Positions 51,421 through 64,000 of a stretch of 64,000 nt of DNA are shown piece by piece (the first letter of the stretch is position 1; every line of letters starts with the position of its first letter). The notes beneath the pieces were generated by a model, which was not told the DNA's origin, did not search any database, and saw only the letters and a program-made list of their open reading frames with translations. The DNA is taken from positions 229,338,001 through 229,402,000 of the forward strand of contig OZ024740.1 in NCBI GenBank assembly GCA_964016885.1. The letters are read 5' to 3'. This DNA comes from Eledone cirrhosa (lineage: Eukaryota). The position numbers and the translations under genes were made by a program.

Positions 51421-51829
51421 ACAATATGGATTAACAATATCGATAACAATAGCAAAAAAAACAGCAGCACCCAATACAAACGGCCATGACTCACAATCGA
51501 GAATGATTTGGTAGTGTGTTATGCTTTTGGTCAGGGATTTATGTTGACCATGGGGAGACAGACACGCTCTAATAATTCCGCAAATCAGCCATCGTGATCT
51601 GGTACTTTATTATAATTAACCATAGAATACTGACGAATTAAAAGTTGGGATGGGCATGACTGGAATACTTTTTGATCGTGGATTCCATCTATCAAAGTTG
51701 ACCTCATGATAAACAACAATAACGATAGCAATAACAAGAATTAATCATTAAAATTTAGTGTCAAACTTTCAAAGAACTGAGGAGTTATTTAGTTCAGAGA
51801 ACATCTAGGAAACTCAGACACAGATGTTC

Positions 51830-52400
51830 TGTGTTCATATCCCATCGTGGTTAGCTCCACCTTTCATCATTACAGGGTCGATAAAATAAAGTACCAGTAA
51901 TGTACTGGAGTCGAATTTATCGACTTGCCCCTCAACCCCCAAATTTGTTGGCCTTGTGCTTAAATCAGAAACAATTCTTTCGGGGTTGCACTTGTTTGAT
52001 AAATAACTTTATTCGGTGGCGATTTGGCGGAGTCGTTGAGTGTCAGATTAAACAGCTTTATCAAATGTGTTCTAGTTTTCTGTGTTCTGGATTCACATCC
52101 AACAGAGCTCAGAGGTCAACTCAATTTTCCGTCATTTCCAGATCGATACATAGAGGATCAGTCTAGAGAAGGTGGATTAGCTGAATCGTTAAAGCGTTGC
52201 ATGGGATGGTTTTACAGGATCAGTTCTGGTTCTCTGTGTTTTGGGTTCAAATCGCACAGAGTTCAGTGATCAACTCTATTTTCTATTCTTTCAGGATTGA
52301 TACATAAAGGGAAGGTGGATTAGCTGAATTATTAAAGCGTTGGATGAGATGTTTTTGCAGGATCTGTTCCGGTTGTGCACATTCTCAGTTCATATCCTGC
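51830..52400 (+). mobile_element. Cluster of degenerate tRNA-SINE fragments
   Basis: cctttcatcattacagggtcgataaaataaagtacc core; repeated ggtggattagctgaat ... gttcaaatc heads. Confidence 0.55.
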
Positions 52401-52660
52401 CGTTTCCTGGCACCAGCGAATCGGTGACACTTCTCTCAGTTGTAGTGACAGACAGATAATATCAGCAATAAAAAGAAGACTAATTGCATCAAATGGTGAC
52501 TTCCTTGGTCCGATCTAAGAGTTGAACCTCTCCTTCCTTGATTTCGAAACCCTGTTTTGAACCTGAAGTAATTTTACTGTGAAAGAACAACTTTAACATT
52601 AAAAAAAGGCAAAAAAACTTATATAAAATAAATAATAAATAAATAAAATAAAATAAAACA

Positions 52661-52846
52661 AATAATTGTTTCTACTTTTGGCGCAAGGCCAGCAATTACC
52701 CCATTGCATTACCAGTACTTTATTTTATCGACCCCGTAAGGATGAAAGGCAAAGCTAACCTTGGTAGGATTTGAACTTAGAACGTAAAGGACCCTAACTC
52801 TATGCTGCAAAGCGGGGTGTCTGATGCTCAACCAATTCTGCCAATG
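52661..52846 (-). mobile_element. Full-length tRNA-derived SINE
   Basis: Reverse strand has box A tggcagaattgg, box B gttcaaatcc, core and aattatt tail. Confidence 0.8.
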
Positions 52847-53089
52847 CGCGCCCATAGACACTCACACACACACAAACACATACAAAACTGTTTTATTTCG
52901 GGATGTCAAAATTTTCATCGCACCTTTATGACCTGGTCAGGGAGACAGTTTAATTACAGTGTAATTATGCTTTCGGTTCTATACGTGTTTAGTCCAAATT
53001 CCGCTGAAGTAAACTTGGGGTCCATATCTAAAGTACCAGTCACGTACTGGAGACGGTGTCCTTTCTTTCCCGCAATCACATAAACCGAC

Positions 53090-56000
53090 ATCATCCTCAA
53101 CAGTAGTATCAACACCACCACCACAATTACCACCACCACCATTATCAACAGCATTACTATCATCACCATCATCATCATCAACAATTGCAGCAACAACAAC
53201 GAGTTCATCCAACCATCATTACAACCATCACCACCATCACCACCATCACCACCACCACCATCACCCTCACCACCACCACCAACACCACCACCACCATCAC
53301 CAGCACCACCAGCACCACCAACACCAGCACCAGCATCACCAACACCACCACCAATATAACCAGCACCACCATCACCACCCCACCAACACCAGCACCAGAA
53401 CCACCATCACCCTAACCACCACCAACACCACCATCACCACCAGCTCCAGCACCAGCATCACCAACACCACCACCACCAACACCACCACCACCAGCACCAC
53501 CAGCACATTCACCAGCACCACCATCACCACCACCACCATCACCACCACCACAATCACCAGCACCACCATCACCACCACCACCAACACCACCATCACCATC
53601 ACCACCACCACCACCACCACCACCACCACCACCATCACCAGCACCACCATCACGACCACCACCACCACTATCATCACCGTCACCCCACCACCATCACCAC
53701 CACCACCACCACCACCACCACCACCACCACCAACACCACCACCACCAGCAGCAACACAGTACACATCAGACTTCATGTAACCTTCACCGCCCACACAATC
53801 ATAATCTGTCATTTTCTTTACACTTTTACAGCTTTCTCCCCTGACTCCCATACCACCACCACTACACCACCACCACCACCACTACATCACTACCACCACC
53901 ACCACCACTACATCACTACCACCACCACCACCACCACTACATCACTACTACCACCACCACCACCACCACTACATCACTACCACCACCACCACCACCACTA
54001 CATCACTACTACCACCACCACTACACCACCACCACCACCACTACATCACTACCACCACCACCACCACTACATCACTACCACCACCACCACCACCACTACA
54101 TCACTACTACCACCACTATATCACTACCACCACCACCACCACTACATCACTACCACCACCACCACCACCACTACATCACTACTACCACCACTACATCACT
54201 ACCACCACCACCACCACTACATCACTACCACCACCACCACCACTACATCACTACCACCACCACCACCACCACTACATCACTACTACCACCACTACATCAC
54301 TACCACCACCACCACCACTACATCACTACCACCACCACCACCACCACTACATCACTACTACCACCACTACATCACTACCACCACCACCACCACTACATCA
54401 CTACCACCACCACCACCACCACTACACCACCACCACCACCACTACATCACTACCACCACCACCACCACTACATCACTACCACCACCACCACCACCACCAC
54501 TACACCACCACCACCACCACTACATCACTACCACCACCACCACCACTACATCACTACCACCACCACCACCACCACTACATCACTACTACCACCACCATCA
54601 CCACCACTACATCACTACCACCACCACAACCACCACTACATCACTACTACTACCACCACCACAACCACAACATCTCTAACACCACTACCACTACCACCAC
54701 CACCACCACTACATCACTACCACCACTACCTCCACCACCACCACCACCACCACCACCACCACTACATCCCTAACATCACTACCACCACCACCACCACCAC
54801 CACCACCACCACCACTACCACTACATTACTACCACCACCACCACCACCACCACCACCACTGCCATTACATTACTACCACCACTACCACCACCACCACCAC
54901 CACCACCACCACCGCTACATCTCTAGCACTACTACCACAACTACCACCACCACCACCACCACTACATTACTAACATCACCACCACCACTACCACTAACAC
55001 CCTTACCATCCCGGCTGCATCCTTAATAGCACCCCACCACCACCACTACTACAAAAGAAAAATCATCAGCAGCAGCACCACCACTACATCAGTGACTCCA
55101 CCACCATCACCACTACCACCACCACCACCACCTTCACCCCTACCACCACCACCAACATCACAAACACCACAACTACCCCCACCACCAACATCACAAACAC
55201 CACCACCACCACCACCTTCACCCCTACCACCACCACTAGCATCACAAACACCACCACTACACCCACCACCAACATCACAAACACCACCACCACTACCACC
55301 ACCACCACCACCAACATCACAAACACCACCACCTCCACCACCACCATCACTACTACCACTACCACCACCACCACCACCACCACTACTATCACCACCACCA
55401 CCACCACCACCACCACTACCACCACCACCACCAACATCACAAACACCACCACCTCCACTACCACCACCACCACCACCAACATCACAAACACCACCACCTC
55501 CACCACCACCATCACTACTACCACTACCACCACCACCACCACCACCACTACTATCACCACCAACACCACTACTATCACCACCACCACCACCACCACCACC
55601 ACTACCACCACCACCACCTCCACCACCACCACCACCACCTCCACCACCACCACCACCACAAACCATTGTCTTAATCACCCATTACCAACAAAACCATTAT
55701 CAACATGCAATCTACCTCTTCACTCACCCGCATCAGTGAGGGCAGAGACATCAACACCACCTCCATCATTATATTCAACACCACCTCCACCACCATCAAC
55801 ACCATCATCATCATCATCATCATGAACATCATCATCATCAACACCATCATCATCATCATCATCATTATATTCAACACCACCTCCACCATCATCATCATCA
55901 TTATCATCATCATCATCATCATTATATTCAACACCACCACCACCACTACCATCATCACCACCATCATCATCATTATATTCAACACCACCACCACCACCAC

Positions 56001-59000
56001 CATCATCACCACCATCATCATCATCGCCAGACTCCTTATCACCGCCACCACCATCATCATCCTCATCTCCATCACCGTCATCATCATTTTTCACATCTTC
56101 ATTATCAACATCATCATCATCACCAACCTAATCATCAGCCACATCCTCTTCCTCCTCCTTTTCCCCCTGCTCCTTGTCCTCCTCCTCCTCCTCCACCACC
56201 TCCTCATCACCATCATCATCATCTTCAACATTGTCGCCACTACAACCACCACCATCGTCGTCATCATCATCATCATCATCACCGACAACAGAATCGTCTA
56301 TATCAATCACCATTACCACCACCACCACCACCACCACTGTCATCATCATCTACTCCACCACCACCACCACCACAACCACCAACACCATCATCATCATCAT
56401 CATCATCATCACCGACAACAGAATCGTCTATATCAATCACCATTACCACCACCACCACCACCTCCACTGTCATCATCATCTACTCCACCACCACCACCAC
56501 CAACACCATCATCATCATCATCATCACCATCATTAGAATCATGGCGATCATTGTCACGTCATCACTTCCGTTACACTTACCGCCATTATCACCAGCCCTG
56601 CCGTCAGTGATATTCTCCCCTCCGCCTCCTCTCTCTTCTCCTATATTACCAATGTCAACACCAACCTTACCACCATCCCACACCCTAGCCCCCCCCCCCC
56701 CATCCCTTCACCACAACCCTACCACCATCCAACACCCTAGCACCCCCACCCCCACCACCACCACCCAACACCCTAACACCACAACCGCCCCCACCACCAC
56801 CTTCACCACAAACCTACCACCACTCCACACCTTAGCCCCACCACCACCACCACCACCCACACCCTAACACCACAACCGCCCCCACCACCACCTTCACCAC
56901 AAACCTACCACCACTCCACACCTTAGCCCCACCACCACCACCACCCACACCCTAGCACCACCCCCACCCCCACCACCACCTTCACCACAACCCTACCACC
57001 ACCCCACACCTTAGCCCCACCACCATCCCCCACCCAAGCACCACAACCACCCCCACCACCACCTTCACCACAAACCTACCCCCCCCCCCCCCACCAACTT
57101 CACCACAACCCTACCACCACCCCACACCTTAGCCCCCCCCACACCACCAACTTCACCACAACCCTACCACCATCCCACACCTTAGCCCCACCACCACCAC
57201 CACCATCCCCCACCCAAGCACCACAACCACCCCCACCACCACCTTCAAACCTACCACCACCCCACACCTTAGCCCCACCACCACCACCACCACCCACACC
57301 CTAGCACCCCCACCCCCACCACCAACTTCACCACAACCTACCACCATCCTACACCTTAGCCCCACCACCACCACCACCACCACCACCCACACCCTAGCAC
57401 CACAACCGGCCCCACCACCACCTTCACCACAACCCTACCACCATCTCACACCTTAGCCCCACCACCACCACCACCCAAACCCTAACACCACCACCGCCCC
57501 CACCACCACCTTCACCACAAACCTACCACCACCCCACACCTTAGCCCCACCACCACCACCACCCACACCCTAGCACCACAACCGCCCCCACCACCAACTT
57601 CACCACAACCCTACCACCATCCCACACCTTAGCCCCACCCCCACCATCCCCCACCCAAGCACCCCCACCACCCCCACCACCACCTTCACCACAAACCTAC
57701 CACCACCCCATACCTTAGCCCCACCACCACCCACACCCTAGCACCACAACCGCCCCCACCACCAACTTCACCACAACCCTACCACCATCCCACACCTTAG
57801 CCCCACCACCACCACCACCACCATCCCACACCCTAGCACCACAACCACCCCCACCACCACCGTTACCACAACCCTACCACCATCCCACACCTTAGCCCCA
57901 CCACCACCACCACCACCCCCACCATCATCACCACCGCCATTACCGCCACCACCACCACAACAACAACAACCACCACTACCACAACCACCGACACAACAAC
58001 CACCACAACCACCGACACAACCACCACCACCCTCACCACCACCGCCACCCTCACCACCAACACCACCACTATTACCATCACCACCATCACCACCTCCAAC
58101 ACCATCATCACCAAACAGCACCAACCACCATCACCACCACTACAACTACTATCACCACCACCACCACCACCAACACCACCACCACCACTACCACCACCAC
58201 TACCACCACCACTACCATCACCACCAACACCACCACCACCAACACCACCACCACCACTACCATCACCACCAACACCACCACCACCAACACCACCACCACC
58301 ACTAGCACCACCACCAACCACCACCACTACCACCACCAACCACCACCACTACCACCACCACACCACCACCACCACCACCACCACTACCACCACCACCACC
58401 ACCACCACCATCACCACCACCACCACCACCACCACCACCACTACCACCACCACTACCACCACCACTACCATCACCACCAACACCACCACCACCAACACCA
58501 CCACCACCACTACCATCACCACCAACACCACCACCACCAACACCACCACCACCACTAGCACCACCACCAACCACCACCACTACCACCACCACACCACCAC
58601 CACCACCACCACCACACCACCACCACCACCACCACCACTACCACCACCACCACCACCACCACCATCACCACCACCACCACCACCACCACCACCACTACCA
58701 CCACCACTACCACCACCACTACCATCACCACCAACACCACCACCACCAACACCACCACCACCACTACCATCACCACCAACACCACCACCACCAACACCAC
58801 CACCACCACTAGCACCACCACCAACCACCACCACTACCACCACCACACCACCACCACCACCACCACCACTACCACCACCACCACCACCACCACCATCACC
58901 ACCACCACCACCACCACCACCACCACCAACCACCACCACTACCACCACCTTCACCACCACCACCACCACCAACCACCACGACAACTACCACCATCACCAC

Positions 59001-59060
59001 CACCACCACCACCAGCACGAACCACCATCACCACCACCACCACCACCACCACTACCACTG
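53090..59060. repeat. (CAC)n-derived minisatellite field: CACTACATCACTAC units, (CAT)n, cacaccttagcccc units and ~240-bp duplications
   Basis: Directly visible low-complexity arrays. Confidence 0.9.
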
Positions 59061-59340
59061 ATATATCACCACTAACATTTACGACTGACAAATCGTGTCA
59101 TCGACCTCTTAGAAACCATGCCTTAGTATCTTAAGAAACTCACAACAATGTCACATTAAATATTGTAGTCTTAGATACACTTACAACTTCTAAAAAGAAA
59201 AGTAAGACAGGTTTATCTCAGCTTAAATGTCTTTGGTCATAGTTATGCTCAATTAGAGAAATCCCCCCTTGATCTCACATGTATAAACAGTCAGTATAGA
59301 TACAAGTCAGGGTCTGTTTAAATCAAAAAAGTGTTATGTA

Positions 59341-60212
59341 AAAATAATTGTTTCTACTTTTGTCACAAGGCCAGCAAATACTCAGTGCATTACTGGTACT
59401 TTATTGTATCGACCCCGTAAGGATGAAATGCAAAGTTAACCTCGGCGGGATTTGAACTTAGAATGGCAAGGGCCGTAACTCTATGCGTCAAAGCATGGTG
59501 TCCGACCCCCTACCGATACTGCCAATCCACCGCCTCTGTATTATGTAAAAATAATTGTTTCTACTTTTGGCACAAGCCCAGCAATTAATCCAGTGAATTA
59601 CTGGTACTTCATTTTATCGACCCCGTAAGGATGAAAGGCAAAGTTATCCTCAGTGGGATTTGATCTCAGACCGTAAAGGGACGTAACTATGCTAGAAAGC
59701 ATGGCGTCCGACCCTCTACCGATACTGACAATTCACCGCCCTCCCGATACTGACTCACCATGTAAAAATAATTGTTTCTACTTTTGGCACAAGGCCAGCA
59801 ATTACCAATACATTACTGGTACTTTTATTTTATTGACCCCGTAAGGATGAAAGGCAAAGTTAACCTCGACGGGATTTGAACTCAGACCGTAAAGGGACGT
59901 AACTATGCTAGAAAGCATGGCGTCCAACCCTCTACCGATACTGCCAATTCAACCTTTACTAGTGGTTTCTCTTTGTTCAATATATAAATAAATAAATAAA
60001 TAAATAAATATTTAAATAATAAATAATTGTTTCTACTTTTGGCACAGGGCCAGCAATTATTTCAGTGCATTACTGGTACTTTATTTTATCGACCCCGTAA
60101 TGATGAAAGGCAAAGTTTACCTTGGTGGGATTTGAACTCAAACCATAAAGGGCCATAACTCTGCTGCAAAGCATGGTGTCCGACTCTCTACCGATACTGC
60201 CAATCCACCATT
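59341..60212 (-). mobile_element. Four tandem full-length tRNA-derived SINEs
   Basis: Copies begin at ~59341, 59548, 59764 and 60021; each has box A tg(g/t)cagtatcgg, a box-B-like gttcaaatccc, the shared core and tail. Confidence 0.88.
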
Positions 60213-60455
60213 TAAATAATAAATTATAATAGTCTACACACAACCCCTTTTGATACCAAAACGCTTAAAAGTTCTTCTGCTTCTATGAAACAGAACCGTC
60301 TATTTTTAAAGGCTTTCTATTTAAATTATTTTTTTTCTATATAATTTGATATAACATACTTTCTGTTAAGTTAAGTTCTAAATACAATCTTAATGATGAA
60401 AAAATTAATCATTTCATCATTTTTATAAATCTCCCCAAATTCTTGCAATGCAATG

Positions 60456-60553
<98 letters not shown>

Positions 60554-60839
60554 TATAAATTAACGAGAATCGAATTTCAGCTCAGGAATTAACGAAAAAC
60601 ACTTCCGAGTTGTGTGGCAAGCGCTCGATTATTCATATGAATTAGAGCTACAACATACATAAAGGCCAAACACACTGAGATGGAGGTTAAACAAATCAGC
60701 CGCACAGAGAAAAAACGATCAAGTAATTCGGGTCAAGCAGATATAAAAATATAAAAATATATAAAAATAAATATGGTTGAAAATTTACCCGGACCCCTGG
60801 AGAGATGGTAAAATCCAGTATTTGGGTTTCTGCGGCTCC

Positions 60840-60901
<62 letters not shown>

Positions 60902-61500
60902 CGGAACAAGTAAACATTAAACAATCTTTTAAATAAATTAAAATATGACTTAAATATTTATCTCTTCTAGGGCCATGACCGACGGTTTCGCTAATCAAAA
61001 GATTGGAAATTCAGAGAATTTCCAATGGAAAGATAGCTTTTCCAAACCTACTAGACATAAATCTACGTAGATGTGGATGTATCGCTTTCTGCCCGGTGAA
61101 TGAATCAAGCCGTTAAAATGACCACCACACAAATGGACCGTTAGAAAAAGCGGGAATAATAGACTCGTTGATATTTCATGCTGCTAGAAATAGCAGCATG
61201 ATACACCATTCTTTTCTCAACATTAAGGAGAATTCAGATAAATGATATAGATATTCCAGTAGGTACTAAATACCTACGGAAATATATATGGTCTCTATAA
61301 TAGTGGTTGTTCCATGGTACTAATTTGAGAAACCAGAACTGTAAATATGAGCGGAACAAATAAACATTAAACAATCTTTTAAATAAATTAAAATACGATT
61401 TAAATATTTACCTCTTCTAGTGCTATGAATTATTGTTTACATGATTTACACTGTGACCTCTCTCTCAGTCTTTCTATTTCTATTTCTCTCTGCCTCTATG

Positions 61501-61612
<112 letters not shown>

Positions 61613-61856
61613 GAGAGATGAGATAGGGGGGGGAGAGAGATGAGAGAGAGAGGGTAGACAGATCAGATAGATAGAGAGGCATATATATATTTTTTCTCAA
61701 AGCTGTAGGGGAATCATTCTGCTATAACAGAAGTCCGACGAGCTTTCGATTCCAGAGTCGGGCCCGATTGATAAAGATCGGATCTTGAGCTGTTCAATCT
61801 CGAAACGCAAGTCACACCTCAGTAAATGTAATGAAGATTTAACACGTCGAGCCTTT

Positions 61857-61942
<86 letters not shown>

Positions 61943-61945
61943 ATT

Positions 61946-61977
<32 letters not shown>

Positions 61978-63199
61978 GAGAGAGAGATAGAGAGAGATTG
62001 ATAGATAGATATATAGAAGTTATATAAATAGATAGATCGAAAGACAGATAGATAAACAATCTACAGCCAGAACGAGAGCACATTTTAACAACATATATTA
62101 CATTCATGATGTAATATATGCCAAGGCTACGCCCAACGTCGCCTGTTCTTACCACAGGCTCTCGCACAAATGTAACCAATGTCATACATAAGCCATCATA
62201 TATGAATTTCCTTGTTCATACAACAGTTACCAACGTTAAAACATAGCCTACATATTGAAACCTGTACGAATCTCAGTAGACGTCTTACAGTACATCTCTG
62301 GGGCATTGTCAGCACATTTTTCAAATACTCAAAATTTTACATAGGAAAACTCAAGAAAATATATATATAAACAAACGAAAGGTTTCTAAACCGCCTTTAG
62401 CATTGTTTTAGTGTGTCGTCGATCATCTGTATGTGTGTCATGAAATTAACTTAAACCCGATCAATTTTTGCAAATATTTAGCTGTAAAGTACGAGGGTCA
62501 ACTGAACTCTGTATATAACTAGACACGTGATTGGTGACACGTGATTTGATATTTGATTGTTTATTTATTAATTTAGTTAATATTTTGTTGTTAACAAAAC
62601 TTAATTTGTCATGAAAAAGTTTATTCGTGAAAAAGTATGTCACCATTGCGAAAATTCTTGAAAGCTCTGTTATAATTCTTCAGAAAAATATCAGAAAACG
62701 TTAACACCGGAAGACTGAAAAAAGCTATCTTGACTCAGAATCGTAACAAGAGAGAAAGCACGGGAGCGGTGATCCCGGGAGCTGGTGCGAAAGTGATCAA
62801 AAGGTTCACTTCCCTATGATGCTTGTTAAACAATGTGAAGGTACCTATCAAAAGTGTTTTTACTCTTGGGTACTGAGGTCCCTTGCTTTACCATGGTTTT
62901 GATTAAAGAATAACAAATACTATTTTCAGTAAATATCGCCAACTAATGTACGATCTATATTTACGGAGAGATTACTTTAGCGGTGAAAACTATGCTTCGC
63001 TGATGAGATCAGAATCAAACAAAAACATATCCGTAATTGTCTCCCTTGTGGTAATACATGGAAAATATGATTCGTCATTGGTTAATATTGTATTTTTCCT
63101 CGGCGCTGACAAGGAAAAAACTACCAGCACGAAATACATGCAGAATATTTAGGATAAAGGTGTTTATACTAAAAAAAACACACTATTCTAAAAAAAAGA

Positions 63200-63390
63200 C
63201 TGATATCTGTCTCGAGCCCAGAGGCTCATCAGGCCAATGCTGACCCCGGTTTCCGTAGCATCAAGCGATTGGGAGTACAAGTTCCCCCACCACCACACCC
63301 TAGACAAGCCGCTAGCCGATCGCAGGTTTAAACCCTCAGCTATTGCTTGATACTCATTTCAGCTGAGAATATTGAATCAAGCAACGAAAG
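63200..63390 (-). mobile_element. Degenerate SINE of a third family
   Basis: ggctcatcaggcc...ccggtttccgtagcatcaagcga...tactcatttcagctg resembles conserved metazoan SINE central domains; by eye only. Confidence 0.5.
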
Positions 63391-63965
63391 AAAGGGAGAA
63401 GGGAAGGGACAGATACTACACCTCAGTCTGAGCGGACAAAATGGCAAAGGCTGGTCATTCCACAGGGAATAATCAGCGATTCCCGCTGCAACCACTGTAT
63501 AGTTTATACATAACATTAAGGCATGTTATAAACCTTTGTGCCATCAGTATCTCTTAGTTTTTAGGCCCAAATATCTGTGTAACAGTCAACCAGCCTGGTA
63601 CACTGAGTTCAGTAGCCTTGTTTGTCGGTGACTTTCCATTTTGCAGTTTATCACCAAAAGTCTGGAGTGTTCTACTTGCGATATTATATTTTTAAGGTTC
63701 GATTCCTGATCCGAGACTAGCATTGTGTTTTTGAGCAAGTCATTTCATTTCGTTCCACACAGCTTTCCAAAAAAGGACTGGGTCCCCTATTATTAAACCA
63801 ACAAGGAAACCTCATATGGGCTGCAAGCTCGTAAGATAAACCTAAATAGATGTAAGCTGTCACGTTAACCTTTTAAACTTTATATGATTTGGGAGATGAG
63901 TTTACATAATACTGAATACATTGTCTCATTGTTTTTCTGTTCATTTATATCCCAGATTTATTCCA

Positions 63966-64000
63966 CTTGTACTTTACTTGTACTTGAGGCGGCGTTTATC
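63966..64000 (-). mobile_element. 3' tail of an RTE LINE (continues beyond the window)
   Basis: Reverse complement gataaacgccgcctcaagtacaagtaaagtacaagt matches the tail type at 1670-1705. Confidence 0.6.

Noticed and set aside
53185-58984. Gly-, Pro-, His- and Val-rich ORFs
   Set aside because: Frames of (CAC)n/(CAT)n-derived repeats
59341-60212. tRNA genes
   Set aside because: Box A and box B present but no cloverleaf; followed by SINE core and tail
62200-63180. Possible host exon or DNA transposon remnant in unique-looking sequence
   Set aside because: No recognisable protein motif, TIR or convincing splice pair; the CTGATGA at ~63000 lacks hammerhead stems

Overview
Repeat-dense eukaryotic genomic DNA, most likely cephalopod/octopus (inferred from SINE types and microsatellite load). 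No host gene is recognisable. Positions ~5.3-26 kb hold a cluster of diverged Tx1/L1-clade non-LTR retrotransposons (zinc-knuckle ORF1; APE-RT-CCHC ORF2) stacked head-to-tail at each other's (TCTA)n tails. The most striking observation: all four ORF1/ORF2 junctions carry a 5' splice donor (AG|GTRRGT), and all three preserved ORF2 ends stop at CTGTAG|GT after a pyrimidine-rich tract. ORF2 therefore looks like a precisely bounded ~3.45 kb intron. The rest of the window contains RTE LINE fragments, tRNA-derived SINEs, Penelope-like termini with one well-formed minimal hammerhead ribozyme and several relics, long palindromes, a 46-bp minisatellite and ~20 kb of triplet-derived minisatellites. Most long ORFs in the ORF track are repeat artefacts.
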